Positions 1 to 12,149 of a DNA stretch of 64,000 nucleotides are shown one piece after another; the first letter of the stretch is position 1; each line of letters begins with the position of its first letter. The notes below the pieces were generated by a model. That model saw only the letters and a program-made list of their open reading frames with translations. It did not search any database and was not told the origin of the DNA. A program made the translations under genes and the position numbers. The stretch comes from Felis catus. Lineage: Eukaryota. The stretch lies in assembly GCF_018350175.1 (NCBI RefSeq), contig NC_058368.1:147872001-147936000 (forward strand), read 5' to 3'.

Positions 1-448
1 TTTATACTTGACAGGTAAGAAAACTGACCTCCAAATACATTAATTAATTTATCCATGTATTAATTTCTAATTATTACAAATATGAATGCCTAAAAGAAAA
101 GATAATACATCTGACCTCATAAAAATTAAAAGCTCTGCAGCACATAAATAAAAAATCATAATGAAAGTTAAAAGATAAATGACAACTAAGACAAATATTA
201 GCAACTTAACAAAAAAAAAGGAATGCTTTCCTTTTACAGAAATAAGTGGTTCAAATTAATTACAGAAAGATGAACAATCCTATGGAAATGAAGCAGAGAA
301 CATGGACATACAGCTAACATGAAAACACCCAGTTAACTTATGAAAAACTATTCACTTACTAAAAACAAGTACCTCTGCTAATCTATAAAATGGAAAACGC
401 TTAAATGTTGGATAGCACCATAGTTAAGTGATTGTGAGGAAGCACAAT

Positions 449-697
449 GAGTGGCGTACTACAGACAGGTTTCCCAGCTCAGGAGAGCTGATTTGTTCAT
501 TTCTGCACAACTGTAATTTCAGTAACATTGTTCAGGTAGTTAGTATGAAACTGGTGTTGGCTGGAGAATTTTTGTCGCGGAGTTTGCCAATCACTATCAA
601 TAAAGATAGTTTTGTGGTTTCGGTTTTTTTGCTTGTTTTTGTTTCTGTTTTTTTAAGCCAGAGACCCACTCGCTAAGCATTCATCAGCATACCACTA
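449..697. mobile_element. hAT-Blackjack (MER63-like) DNA transposon MITE
   Basis: Degenerate terminal inverted repeats gAGTGGCGTACT... and ...CAGCATACCACTa; the internal 'cagctcaggagagctgatt' resembles the MER63 5' end; sits in old L1 sequence. Confidence 0.55.
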
Positions 698-727
698 TGT
701 ATACTCACAATTTAATATGAGAATTTA

Positions 728-1250
728 ACTCTCTGAGGAACTTGCGGTTGCAGCTACAGCAGAGTTCTAGATGACCCGCTCCCGTTCCTGACTCAGCTCC
801 GTTCCCTTTCTGCGAAGCACAAGTTAATCAGGAAACCACCACTCAGCCACAGCTTTTCAAGACTCCGGGAAGACACCCGTGGAACCATAGGTGGCGATTC
901 ATCAAATGAGAATTAATCTACCTAGCAGCAACATAAAGCCTTTCGAAAGAGTATGTGCTGACTTGATCAGAGGCACAAAGGAAAAACATCTCAAAGTGAA
1001 AGGACAGGCTGATGCCCACGGTGACTCTGAGAATCACTACAAGAAAACCCTGTGGTGACGGTTCTAAGACCTGGGATCTTTCTCAAATGAGGATCCATAT
1101 GCGACGCATTGATTCACAAAGTCCTTCTGAGACCTTAAGCAGATTGTTCCCATCAGTACTGAGCCAGGAGTCAACACTGAAGTCACCAATATAGATGTTT
1201 AAATCAACCTTTTTAATAAATCGATTATCAGTTGTAAATAAATAAATAAA
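728..1250 (+). pseudogene. RPS20: Full-length processed pseudogene of 40S ribosomal protein S20 (uS10)
   Basis: Intronless CDS at 849-1202 reads (T)[50 protein letters not shown]...[17 protein letters not shown], matching RPS20. ATG is mutated to ACA, there is a TAG at 888-890 and there are frameshifts. It has an RPS20-like 5'UTR, AATAAA at 1215, an A-rich tail, and TSD ATGAGAATTTA at 717-727 and 1251-1261. Confidence 0.96.
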
Positions 1251-1311
1251 ATGAGAATTTAGTTGATACAACTTTCCTACCAGAATGCTATATATAAATA
1301 TATAACCAAAA

Positions 1312-1317
<6 letters not shown>

Positions 1318-1361
<44 letters not shown>
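1318..1361. repeat. (TA)n microsatellite
   Basis: Perfect TA run. Confidence 0.97.
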
Positions 1362-1364
<3 letters not shown>

Positions 1365-3119
1365 TCAGCAATTTCACTTTTATTAGTCTATCCTTAAATG
1401 TATTTAGACAGGTGTGTAAACGACTATGAAAAAAAGATGGGCATGGTGTCACTTTTTTAAAAAAAGAAAAACAAATGGAAACACTCTAAATATCCAGTGA
1501 TAAAAACTGACACAAAAAAACTACGGACATCTAGACAAAGGGAAAATTTTGCATTCATTTGAAAACAAAAAAGAAGTCCCACATATAATGATATGTAAAT
1601 ATCATATACCAAACATTATTTGAAATGAGAAAAGAAAGCAAGTCACCAAATAGTAGACATAGTATGATATCTTTGTGTTAATAAAATTGTATAGCCAAAA
1701 ACAAACAAACAAATAAATAAGTAACATCTGAAAGGTTAAAAAAATGTTGATTAACACTATTTGCCTTTAGAGAGTGGTACAGTATGATACATCAGGAGAA
1801 AATATATACATATATAGATACACCTACAGACACACACATATTTTCTGTTCTTCTATTACACAGAATCTTATATGCACACACATATATGATACATACAATT
1901 TTATACATACATATTATATATACAATATTCTTTATAAATTATCCTTATTTAAATGTTTAGTTTCATCAATCATCATTTTTAAAGGGGAAATACTGCTTTG
2001 AATAAGATTAATAATTAAGTAAAATGATGACCTAGACTTTGAGTAAAGTATTATTTTTGTGTCTGTTCGCTTTAGTCTAATTGCTTAGTAGGTGCTAGAG
2101 TGTTGAGGCCATCCTGACAAAAGAGTTTTCTCTGAAAGCAGAGACACTATTACTCTCAATCTGAGAAAAGAAATATAAAACACTTAGAAATCTCAGAAGG
2201 CTAGCCTTATGTGGGATGTGGAGAGGTTTATTTTCTTCTTTAAAAGAGACTTCATGATGGAGTGGATGTGTGGTTTATTGAACTTGTCATGAGTACACGG
2301 GTGGAATTAAGCTTGTATATGTATGTTTTGCTAGGGGCAGTATAAGTAATTACAGTATTTTGGAAAATTAGTTGGCAACATTCACTAAGTGCAAAAAAAG
2401 TTTTAGTACTCATTGACCCAGGACTTCTATTTCTAGTGTGTTCTAATAAATAATCTGAAACAAGGAACAAGCTAATGGCACCAAGATGTCCAATCGTAGC
2501 ATCATCTATTTTAATGAAAAGTTGAACAGAGTTTAACTGTCCAGCAATGAAGAAATTCTAAACAAAATGAAGCATTTACATTCAATGGAACAAAATGCAG
2601 TCATTAGAACTCCTCAGTACAAGACAATAGTAACATGCTTCTTGATAATTTTTGTATGTTTCAGTACATCTTCTAACTCATGAAAGTGAACAAATCTGAC
2701 TCTTATGCAGTGTTTCCTACTCCAGAAAATAGCACCATAATCCACAAACATACACAAATTTGGTGTCATTCTTTCACCTCTCCCTGGAAGCCACTCCTAT
2801 ATTCAATGCACTGCTGCATTGGTTAGTGTTATCTACTAAATATTTCTCAAACCCACATCCTTTTTTTCCCCTGTATTTACTACTAACATACTCACAAACA
2901 TCACTTCTCATTTGGACTACTGTGACAGCATCCAAAACTGGTCTTTTAACATCTTAGCTCCTATAATTCTGATCTTCATATGTAGCCGAAAGATCTTTTC
3001 AAAACAAAAATCTGACAAAATTTTGCTGCCTTCTCTTTGTTCTTTGGATTTAAACAAAGAAACTAATAACTATACATATCACAATCATCGTATTCTCTGC
3101 CACTAGGAGTTTTCCTGAG

Positions 3120-6100
3120 TTTTTTTAAATTTTGTTATAGATGTAGAATTTAGTGATTCCATACTTAAATACAATCATCACCACTGCTCATCACAAGTCC
3201 CTACTTTTTGACCATCAGCTATTTAACCCATTCCCCTGCCACTCCCTTCCGGTAACCATCAGTTTGTTCTCTACAGTTAAGACTGTTTCTTGGTTTTCCT
3301 CTCTTCTCTCCCCCCATGTTCATCTCTTTTGTTTCCCAAATTCCACGAGTGAAATCATATGGTATTTCTCTTTCTCTGACTTATTTTGCTTAGCATAATA
3401 CTTTCTAGCTCTATCCATGTCAATGCACAGGCAAGACTTCATTCTGTATCTAGTCTATATCATCTATATCTATATCTAATCTATATTTATCTATATCTAT
3501 ATCTATAGATAGACAGATAGATGGATATAGATAGATACATGGATAAAGAAGAAGTGGCATAGATTTATACACACACCCACACACCACCTCTTCTTTATCC
3601 ATTCATCAGTCAGTGGACATTTGAGCTCCTTCCACAACTTGGCTATTGTTGATAATGCTGCTATAAATCAGGGTGCATGTACCCCTTCGATTTAGAATTT
3701 CTGGATTCTCTGGGTAAATACCTAGTAGTGCAATTGCTCAATCATAGGGTAGTTCTATTTTTAACTTTTTGAGCAACCTCCATACTGTTTTCCAGATTAC
3801 TGCATCAGTTTGTTTTCCCACCAATAGTGCAAGAGGGCTCCCCTTTCTCACATCATCTTCAACATCTGTTTTTTACTATGTTGTTAATTTTAGCCATTCT
3901 GACTGGTGTGAGGTAATACGTCACTGTAGTTTTGATTAGCATTTCCCTGATGATGAGTGACACTGAGCATCTTTTCATGTGTCCATTGGTCATCTGTATG
4001 TTTTCTTTGAAAAAATGTCTATACATATATCTTCTGCCCATTTATTTACTGGACTATTTGTTTTTTGGTTATTATGTTTGAGAAGTTCTCTATAAACTTT
4101 GGATACCAACACTTTCTCAGATATGTCTATGGAAATATCTTCTCCTGTTCCATAGGTTGCCTTTTAGTTTTCTTAATTGTTTGCTTCATGTCTAGAAATT
4201 CTTTTCTTTTGATGACGTCCCAATAGTTTATTTTGCTTTTGTTTCCCTTGCCTCAGGAGACATACCTGTAAGAAGTTGCTATGACTGATGTCAAAGAGGT
4301 TACTGCCTGTATTCTCTTCTAGGATTTTGATGGTTTCCTATCTCACATTTAGGGATTTCATCCATTTTGAGTTTATTTTTATGTATGTTGTAAGGAAGTG
4401 GGCCAGCTTCTTTCTTTTGCATGTCACTCCAGTTTTCCCACTACCATTTGTTGAAGAGACTGTCTTTTTTTTCCATTGGATATTATTTCCTGTTTTGTTG
4501 AAGATTAATTGATCATATAGTTGTGGGTTTATTTCTGGGTTTTCTATTCTGTTCCATTCATCTGTGTGTCTATTTTAGTGCCAGTACTATACTGCCTTGA
4601 TCACTACATATTTGTAATAGAACTTGAAGTCTGGAACTATGGTGCCCCCAGTTTGCTTTTCTTTTACAAGATGGCTTTGTCTACTAGGGGTCTTCTGTAG
4701 TTTCATATGAATTTAGGATTGTTTTTCTAGGTCTGAAAAATGCTGATGGTATTTTTATAGAGATTGCATTAAATATATAGATTACTTAGGGTAATATAGG
4801 CATTTTAACAGTATGTGTTCTCCAAATGCATGAGCATGGAATGTCTTTCCATTTATTTGTGTCCTCTTGAATTTCTTTTATCAGCAATCTATAGTTTTCA
4901 GAGTATAGATCTTCTACCTCTTAGTTTATTCCTAGATATCTTATGATTTCTTGTGCAATTGCAAATGGGATTGATTCCTTGATTTATCTTTCTGTTGCTT
5001 CATTATAGGTGTATAGAAATGCAACAGATTTCTGTATCCTGATTTTGTATCCTGAGACATTACTGAATTCATGTATCAGTTCTAGCAATTTTTTTTTTGG
5101 TGGATTCTTCCAGGTTTTCTACATAATGTCATCTGCAAGTAGTGAAAGTTTCACTTCTTCCTTGCCAATCTGTATGCCTTTTATTTCTTTGTGTTGACTG
5201 ATTGCTGTGTCTAGGTCTTCGAGTATTGTGTTGAATAAAAGTGGTGAGACTGTACAGCCTTGTTGTTTTCCTGACCATAGAGGAAAATTTCTCAGTTTTG
5301 CTCCTATTGGTAATGATATTAAGTGTGGATTTTTCATATATGGTTTTTATGATGTTGGAGGTATGTTCCCTCTATCCCTACTTCGTTGACAGTTTTTATT
5401 CATGAATGGATGTTGTATTTTGTCAATTTTTTTTGCATTTATGGAGAGGATAATATTGTTCTCTTCTTTTATTAATGTGCTAGATCATGTTGATTGATTT
5501 ATGAATATTGAACCACCCTTGCAGCACAAGAATAAATCCTAGTTGCTTGTGATGAATGATGTTTTTAACGTAGTTTTAGATTCAATTTGGTAGTATTTTG
5601 TTGAGAATTTCTGCATCCAAGTTCATCAGGGATATTGGCTTATAGTTCCTTTTAGTGAAGTCCTTTTCTGCTTTTTGGTATCAGGGTAATGCTGGCCTCA
5701 TAGAATGAATTTGGCACTTTTCTTCCATTTCCATTTTTTGGAATAGTTTGAGAAGAATAGGTATTAACTTTTCGTTAAATGTTTGGTAGAATTCTCCTGT
5801 GAAGCCATCTGACCCTGGACCTTTGTTTGTTGGGTGATTTTTGGTTATTGGTTCAATTTCTTTGATGGTTTTAGGTCTGTTTAAGTTTTCTATTTCTACC
5901 TATTTCACTTTCAGTAGTTTAGATATATATATAGTTTCTGGTAATTTATCCATTTTTTTCCAGGTTGCCCAATTTGTTGGCACATAGTTTTTCATAGTTT
6001 TCTCTTATAATTGTTTGTACTACTGTGGTGTTTCTTGTTATTTATCCTCTCTTATTTGTGATTTTATTTTTTTTTTCCTTTTTCATTTCTTTTTGATAGA

Positions 6101-7092
6101 TCTGGCTAGAGGTTTATCAATTTTAATATTATTTTCAAAGAACCACCTCGTGGTTTCTTTGATCTGTTCTACTGTTGTTGTTGTTGTTGTTGTTGCTTGT
6201 TTCTACATCATTTATTTCTGCTCTAATCTTTATTATTTCCTTCCTTCTTCTGTCTTTAGGCCTTGTTTGTTGTTCTTTTCCTAGCTCATTTAGGTGTAAG
6301 GTTAGGTTATTTGAACTTTTTCTTGCTTCTTGGGGCAGATCTGTATTGCTATATACTTCTCTCTTAGGCACACTTTTGCTGCGTCTGAAAGGTTTTGGAT
6401 TATCATTGTCTCATTTTCATTTGTTTCCATGTATTTTTTAAAAGTTTTTTTCTTTTATTTCCTGGTTGACCCATTCCTCATTCAGTAGTATGTTATTTAA
6501 ACTCCATGTATTTGTGATCTTTCAAAATTTTTCTTGTGGTTGTTCATAGAATTGTGGTCAGAAAATATGCATGGTATGATCTCAGTCTTTTTGTACTTGT
6601 TGAGGCCTGATTTGTGTTCTACTATGTGATCTATTCTGGAGAATGTCCCATGTGCACTTGAAAAGAATGTGTATTCTGCTACTTTCAGATGGAATGTTCT
6701 GAATATATCAGTTCAGTCCATCTGGTCTAGTGTGTCATTCAAAGCCATTGTTTCCTTGTTGATCTTCTATTTAGATTATTTGTCCATTGATGTATTTGTT
6801 TTGTTACAGTCCCCTACTATTATTATATTATTAACATTAAGTATTTTAATATTTGTTATTGTTTTATATATTTGGGTGCCTCCATGTTGGATGCATAAAT
6901 ATTTATAATTGCTGGATCTTTTTGTTAGATTGTCTCCTTTATGATGATATAGTGACCTTATTCATTTCCTGTTACAGTCTTTGGTTTAAAAACTAGTTTG
7001 TATGATATAAATATTGCTATTATGGCTTTCTTTTGATGTCCATTCCCATGGCAAATCTTCCTGTATTCCCTCCCTTTCGATCTGTGCAGTGA
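3120..7092 (-). mobile_element. 5'-truncated L1 (carnivore type): ORF2 remnant plus 3'UTR
   Basis: Minus-strand ORF2 peptides ([58 protein letters not shown]); T-rich tail at about 3120; many stops and frameshifts. Confidence 0.95.
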
Positions 7093-7209
7093 GAGTCCAT
7101 AAGAGGTGTGTGTTTGGGGGATAGTTGAAAATAGAAGAGACACAATATGTTCATTAGTGCTGTTAAATTCTTAACTGAGACACTTATTTCAGTAGTAATA
7201 TCAGATGTG

Positions 7210-8748
7210 TGATATATGACCAAAAAAGACCCCAAATAGCCAAAGTTATGTTGAAAAAGAAAACCAAAGTGGGAGGTATCACAGTCCCGGACTTTAGCCT
7301 CTACTACAAGGCTGTAATCATCAAAACAGTATGGTACTGGCACAAGAACAGATACATAGACCAATGTAATAGAATAGGGAACCCAGAATTGGACCCACAA
7401 ATGTATGGCTAACTAGTCTGTGACAAACCAGGAAAGAGCATCCAATGGAAAAAAGACAGTCTCTTCAATAAATAGTGCTGGGAGAACTGGACTACATGCA
7501 GAAGAATGAACCTAGATCACTTTCTTACACCATGCACAAAAATAAACTCAAAATAGATGGAAGAACTAAATGTGAGACAGGAAACCATCAAAATCCTACA
7601 GGATAAAGCAGGCAACAACCTCTTTGACCTCAGCCACAGCAACTTCTTACTTAACACATTTCCAGAGGCAAGGAAAATAAAAGCAAAACTGAAAAACTGG
7701 GACCTCTCCAGACAAAAAGCTTCTGGACTGCAAAGGAAACAATCAACAAAACTAAAAGGCAACCAGTGGAATGGAAGAAGATACTTGCAAATGACATATC
7801 AGAAAAAGGGTTAGTATCCCAAATCTATACAGAACTTACCAAACTCAGCAACCAAAAAACAATCCAGTGAAGAAATGGGCAGAAGACACGAATAGACACT
7901 TTTCTAAAGAAGATATCCAGATGGCAAACAGACACTTGAAAAGATGGTCAACATCACTCATCAAAATGGAAAGACAAATCAAAACCACAGAGATACCACC
8001 TCAAACCAGTCAAAGTGGCTAAAATTAACAACTCAGGCAACAATAGATTTTGGTAAGAATGTGGAGAAATGAGAACACTCTTGCACTGTTGGTGGGAATG
8101 CAAACTGGTGCAGCCACTCTGGAAATTTTGGAATTTACCGAAAGAATACAGGAGTGCTGATTCATAGGGGCACATGTACCCCAATGTTTATAGCAGCACT
8201 TTCAACAATAGCCAAATTATGGAAAGAGCTGAAATGTCCATCAACTGATGAATGGACAAAGATGTGGTTTATATACACAATGGAATACTACTTGGCAATG
8301 AGAAAGAATGAAATCCTGCCATTTGCAACAACGTGGATGGAACTGGAGGGTATTATGCTGAGTGAAATAAGTCAGTCAGAGAAGGACAGATATTTTATGT
8401 TTTCACATGTGTGGAACTTGAGAAACTTAACAGAAGACTATGGGGGAAGGGAAGGGGAAAAATAGTTTCAAACAGAGAGGGAGATAAACCCTAAGAAACT
8501 CTTAAATACAGAGAACTGAGAGTTGATGGAGGGTTGGGGAGGGGGGGGGAAATGGGTGATGGGCATTGAGAAGGGCACTTGTTGGGATGAGCAGTGGGTG
8601 TTGTATGTAAGTGATGAATCATGGGACTCTAGACCCAAAATCAAGAGCACACTGTATATACACTGTATGTTAGCTAACTTGACAACAAATTATATATATG
8701 AGCAAATAAAAATAAAATAAAATAAATAACTATAAATAGATAAATAAA
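7210..8748 (+). mobile_element. 5'-truncated L1 (feline/carnivore type): ORF2 C-terminus, 3'UTR and A-rich tail
   Basis: [31 protein letters not shown] and [18 protein letters not shown] peptides; G-rich 3'UTR; (AAAAT)n tail. Confidence 0.95.
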
Positions 8749-9405
8749 TTTTAAGAGAGTGAAATTGAGTGTGTGGGTGTGTGTATATGTCTATTTAAAA
8801 TACCTATATGTGTTCACATTAAATGTTAGAACATTTTCATTTCATTCATTATAGAAACATAAATTGTTCTAAAAATTACAAAGTATTCACAACATATTCC
8901 CAAATTTCCAATTTATTTAAAAGAAATTTATATTCATGATTAAGCATGAAAATATCTTTATGAAAAAATCACCCTATTTGAAATAGTTTCCCTGGTATAT
9001 AGTCTAGAGGGTTTTATTCCCTTTTTAATACTATTTCCTACTACTGCAAGATTTTATCGTGCAAATTTATCACTTTTTTCATTTTTAATTAATGATATTT
9101 TATTGTTGCTTCTGGAAACATTTTAGGCAAGGAGAGGATTTAATAATTAAAAAATGAACAAATATTACTAGGAAAAATGTGCCAGTAAGAGAAGGATTTT
9201 CAGTTTCAGCGTGCAGAATGAGAGCTGTCTGAATCACATTGTATTCAGGGAGATATGCTGAGAAAGGATTCACCAAGCAATATTAATGTTTTACTCAGCC
9301 TTTGGGTCATTTTTCAGCAAAAAAGGATAATCACCAAAGGTGAATGCTGTGGTATGCATGGTAAACACAAAGAGAGTGTTAGCATGTGTCAAAGCAACAA
9401 GAGAC

Positions 9406-9934
9406 TGATGAAGTTAAACAGGCAGAGGCTCTTGCTACAGAGGAGAGAGGACAGAGGACAGCTACCTTTTAAACTCAATTCTCCTGAAACAAAGAGCTAG
9501 AGAGTTTTTAAGAACTGAAAAGAGGGTGAGAAAGAGGGGGAACATAGGCCATTTGTATTTACTAATTTGCCTACACAAAGGAAAAGTAAACTTTCTCATA
9601 TCTTTATGAAAGGAGATCATTTTAAAATTTAGGGCAAGGCACCCCCTGATGCCAGGCTCCTACTCTCCCTCAGAGACCAAGGGCCTGTCTTCCTTAATGA
9701 TTACATTTCAAGGGAATGGCCTCTGATCCTTAAGACAATCCTGGATAGTAAATCTGGCAAAAGGCTTTAAAATTATTTTTTATATCTGAAAAGGGCAGAG
9801 GAAGAATTCACAATGACAAGTTTTCTAAAGTAAATGATCTAAAGAAAGGGAGGTTAGGGCTTAGATAAAATCTGGAAGAAGTCTGTCTAAAGTTTAGTCA
9901 ACCTGAAAGAAATATTAGCACCATCTTGGTCACA
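9406..9934 (-). mobile_element. ERV1-class solo LTR (MER34/MER39-like)
   Basis: TG...CA termini, 4-bp TSD AGAC at 9402-9405 and 9935-9938, and a 'ttgactaaactttagacagacttcttcc...tttactttagaaaacttg' motif on the minus strand typical of MER34/39-type LTRs. Confidence 0.8.
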
Positions 9935-11946
9935 AGACCTTTTTCTTAATACCTTGTTTTACAATGGTCATATAAGTTATTTATCGTTTTAAGATTCATG
10001 CTTACAAGGGAAGCAAAGTTTCAGAGAGCTTGGAATTAGCCCATGATTATACAGCTAGTTCAACTGCAAATTCAAGATGTTCTTACTTTACATGAGTGTT
10101 TTCACCTCTACCTTGTGTCAAATTCTTGACTGAGTGAGATATCACTTTATCTCTTTGGAAGAACATGCTTTTTATTCTTAATTTTACCTGTTTCAAAATT
10201 GTGTTCACCTTCCAGGGGAAAGAAGTATGGAACTGACTGCTGTATTTATTTTTATCTCTATTAAACACAGCTGTCTGGAACCAGCATAGCACAATGGAAA
10301 GTGTCCTAACTAAATGGCACAGCATTTACACTTGAGTATTTTGAGCCTAGAAGATATTATAACTGATCTTCCCTTTTGCCCCCAAATCAGGGATAGGCTG
10401 TCTTTTCTCAAGAAGAACTTCCTTTAGAGCCTGACACCCAAACGAATCAGCAAAAGGGTCTTAAGAGTTCTTGACAGCTCTCTGTCAAGTACTCAGACCA
10501 ACAGTGCATAGCTCTGTGGATCTGACAGGATGAGAGGACAAGCTGCTTGCTATGTTAAAGCAAGCATAAAAATAATGAGCAAAGAAAGTTCATAGACACC
10601 ATTATGATAGTTGGAGCTAAATAATATATGACATTAATGGCTTGAACTTAACACAGCTTCTTATTAAAATCTCTTCTTTCCTTGAGGGATCAGGAAACAC
10701 GATAAATTACAAGTCTTTGGTACATGAAGCATTGTAGACAGACGGGTTACTTTTACTTATAACTTGTAGATGAATAAAATTCTATCAAAAATCTAATGAG
10801 CTTTACCCGTCCAGATAGTTGGAAACTGAGTAATTTTTAACTTAGTTTTATAACTTTGCAATTTAAGAACACTCTGTTTTTGAATGTGTAACTTTTTGTG
10901 AAATATAGCTTTGAATAATTATCTTCCTTCAGAAGCGTATCACGTGATTTCACAGATAAGCAACAATTGGGATGTGAAGCAGGTCATTATAAACTAAACA
11001 TTTTTAACTCTTCAGACCCAGGAAGCATCCCAGCACAGTCTACCTAATGAATAGGGTAACAATATCTAAACAAGGATTTATATTATGACAACATTTTACA
11101 CTTAAACTTCTTATGTATTCAAAGTAATTAACAAAATGTCTGGTTAACAAATGGAAATTCAAAAATGTATTATTAATGAATAAAAGGAGGAAATAAAAAA
11201 GAAATGTCATGTCTTCAACAAATATTTGTTGAATACCCACTGTATATATCATATTCTAAGCACTTTGCCTCCTTAGGAAATAAAACTGGCAAAGAGTCAA
11301 TGCTATATTATATATTTGGACATAGATATCAAAACTGTCAACAAAATGATGTTTCTGAGGTTTTAGAATGAATTGCATGGTTTTGTGGAAATTTTATTTT
11401 GTTACCTGTGGGAATGGACATCATTAGTTTACTGAGCTACTAGAATATGTAGTATTTATAAAAAGTATGACTTTTACATGAAAATGAAAGAGAATGATGA
11501 AGGAATTCCTGTTATGTAAATATGGCTACAAAATTGAAAGACATTAAATACATTAATAAGCTTCCCAGTTGCTAGTGGAATTAAAGCAACAGAACTCTAA
11601 CAATAGCTTAGGTAGGGTTTGGAATACAAATTAAAAGTATTTTATAAGTCTTTTTCATTTTATAAAACTTTTAATCAAAGAAAAAATTTGAACATAGAAA
11701 CTTTTTCTTACTTACTTTCTTCAGATCATTATCCACTTCTGCTTAGTTTGATGGTTATATGCAGATTTATTTGAATGTTCTTTTTTAGTTCTAACTAGAT
11801 GGCCCATTCCTATGTAAGCATAAAGGTAATTAGAGTAAAACTCATTAAAAAAGGTCTATAGTAAATGAAAAACTGTATGTAAAATAATTCATAATTTACA
11901 AAAATATAAAAACAATTATGTACTAATATCAAAATAATGTATTGCT

Positions 11947-12149
11947 GGGTCACATGTGTGGCTCAGTTAGTTGAGCAACTGATGCTTCATTTCAGATCAG
12001 GCTGTGACACAATGGTCATGGGATGGAGCCCCACATCAGGCTCCATGCTGAGCATGAAACCTGCTTAAGACTCTTTCTCTGTCTCCCTCTGTCCCTCTCT
12101 CCCACTTGTGACCTCTAAGAAATACAAATTAAAAAATAGAAAAAAAAAA
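11947..12149 (+). mobile_element. CAN-SINE (older subfamily)
   Basis: tRNA-derived head (tggctcagttagttgagc), CT-rich region, A tail. Confidence 0.9.

Noticed and set aside
1012..1194. 60-aa ORF as a functional RPS20-derived peptide
   Set aside because: It is a frameshift by-product within a disabled retrocopy that has lost its start codon and has an upstream stop.
7209..8465. L1 ORF2 fragments as expressed CDS
   Set aside because: 5'-truncated, with multiple stops, frameshifts and an internal deletion near 8125.
3120..8748. Opposed L1s as a single twin-primed inverted insertion
   Set aside because: Each has its own 3'UTR and tail, they overlap in L1 coordinates, and about 110 bp of unrelated sequence separates them; these are two independent insertions.
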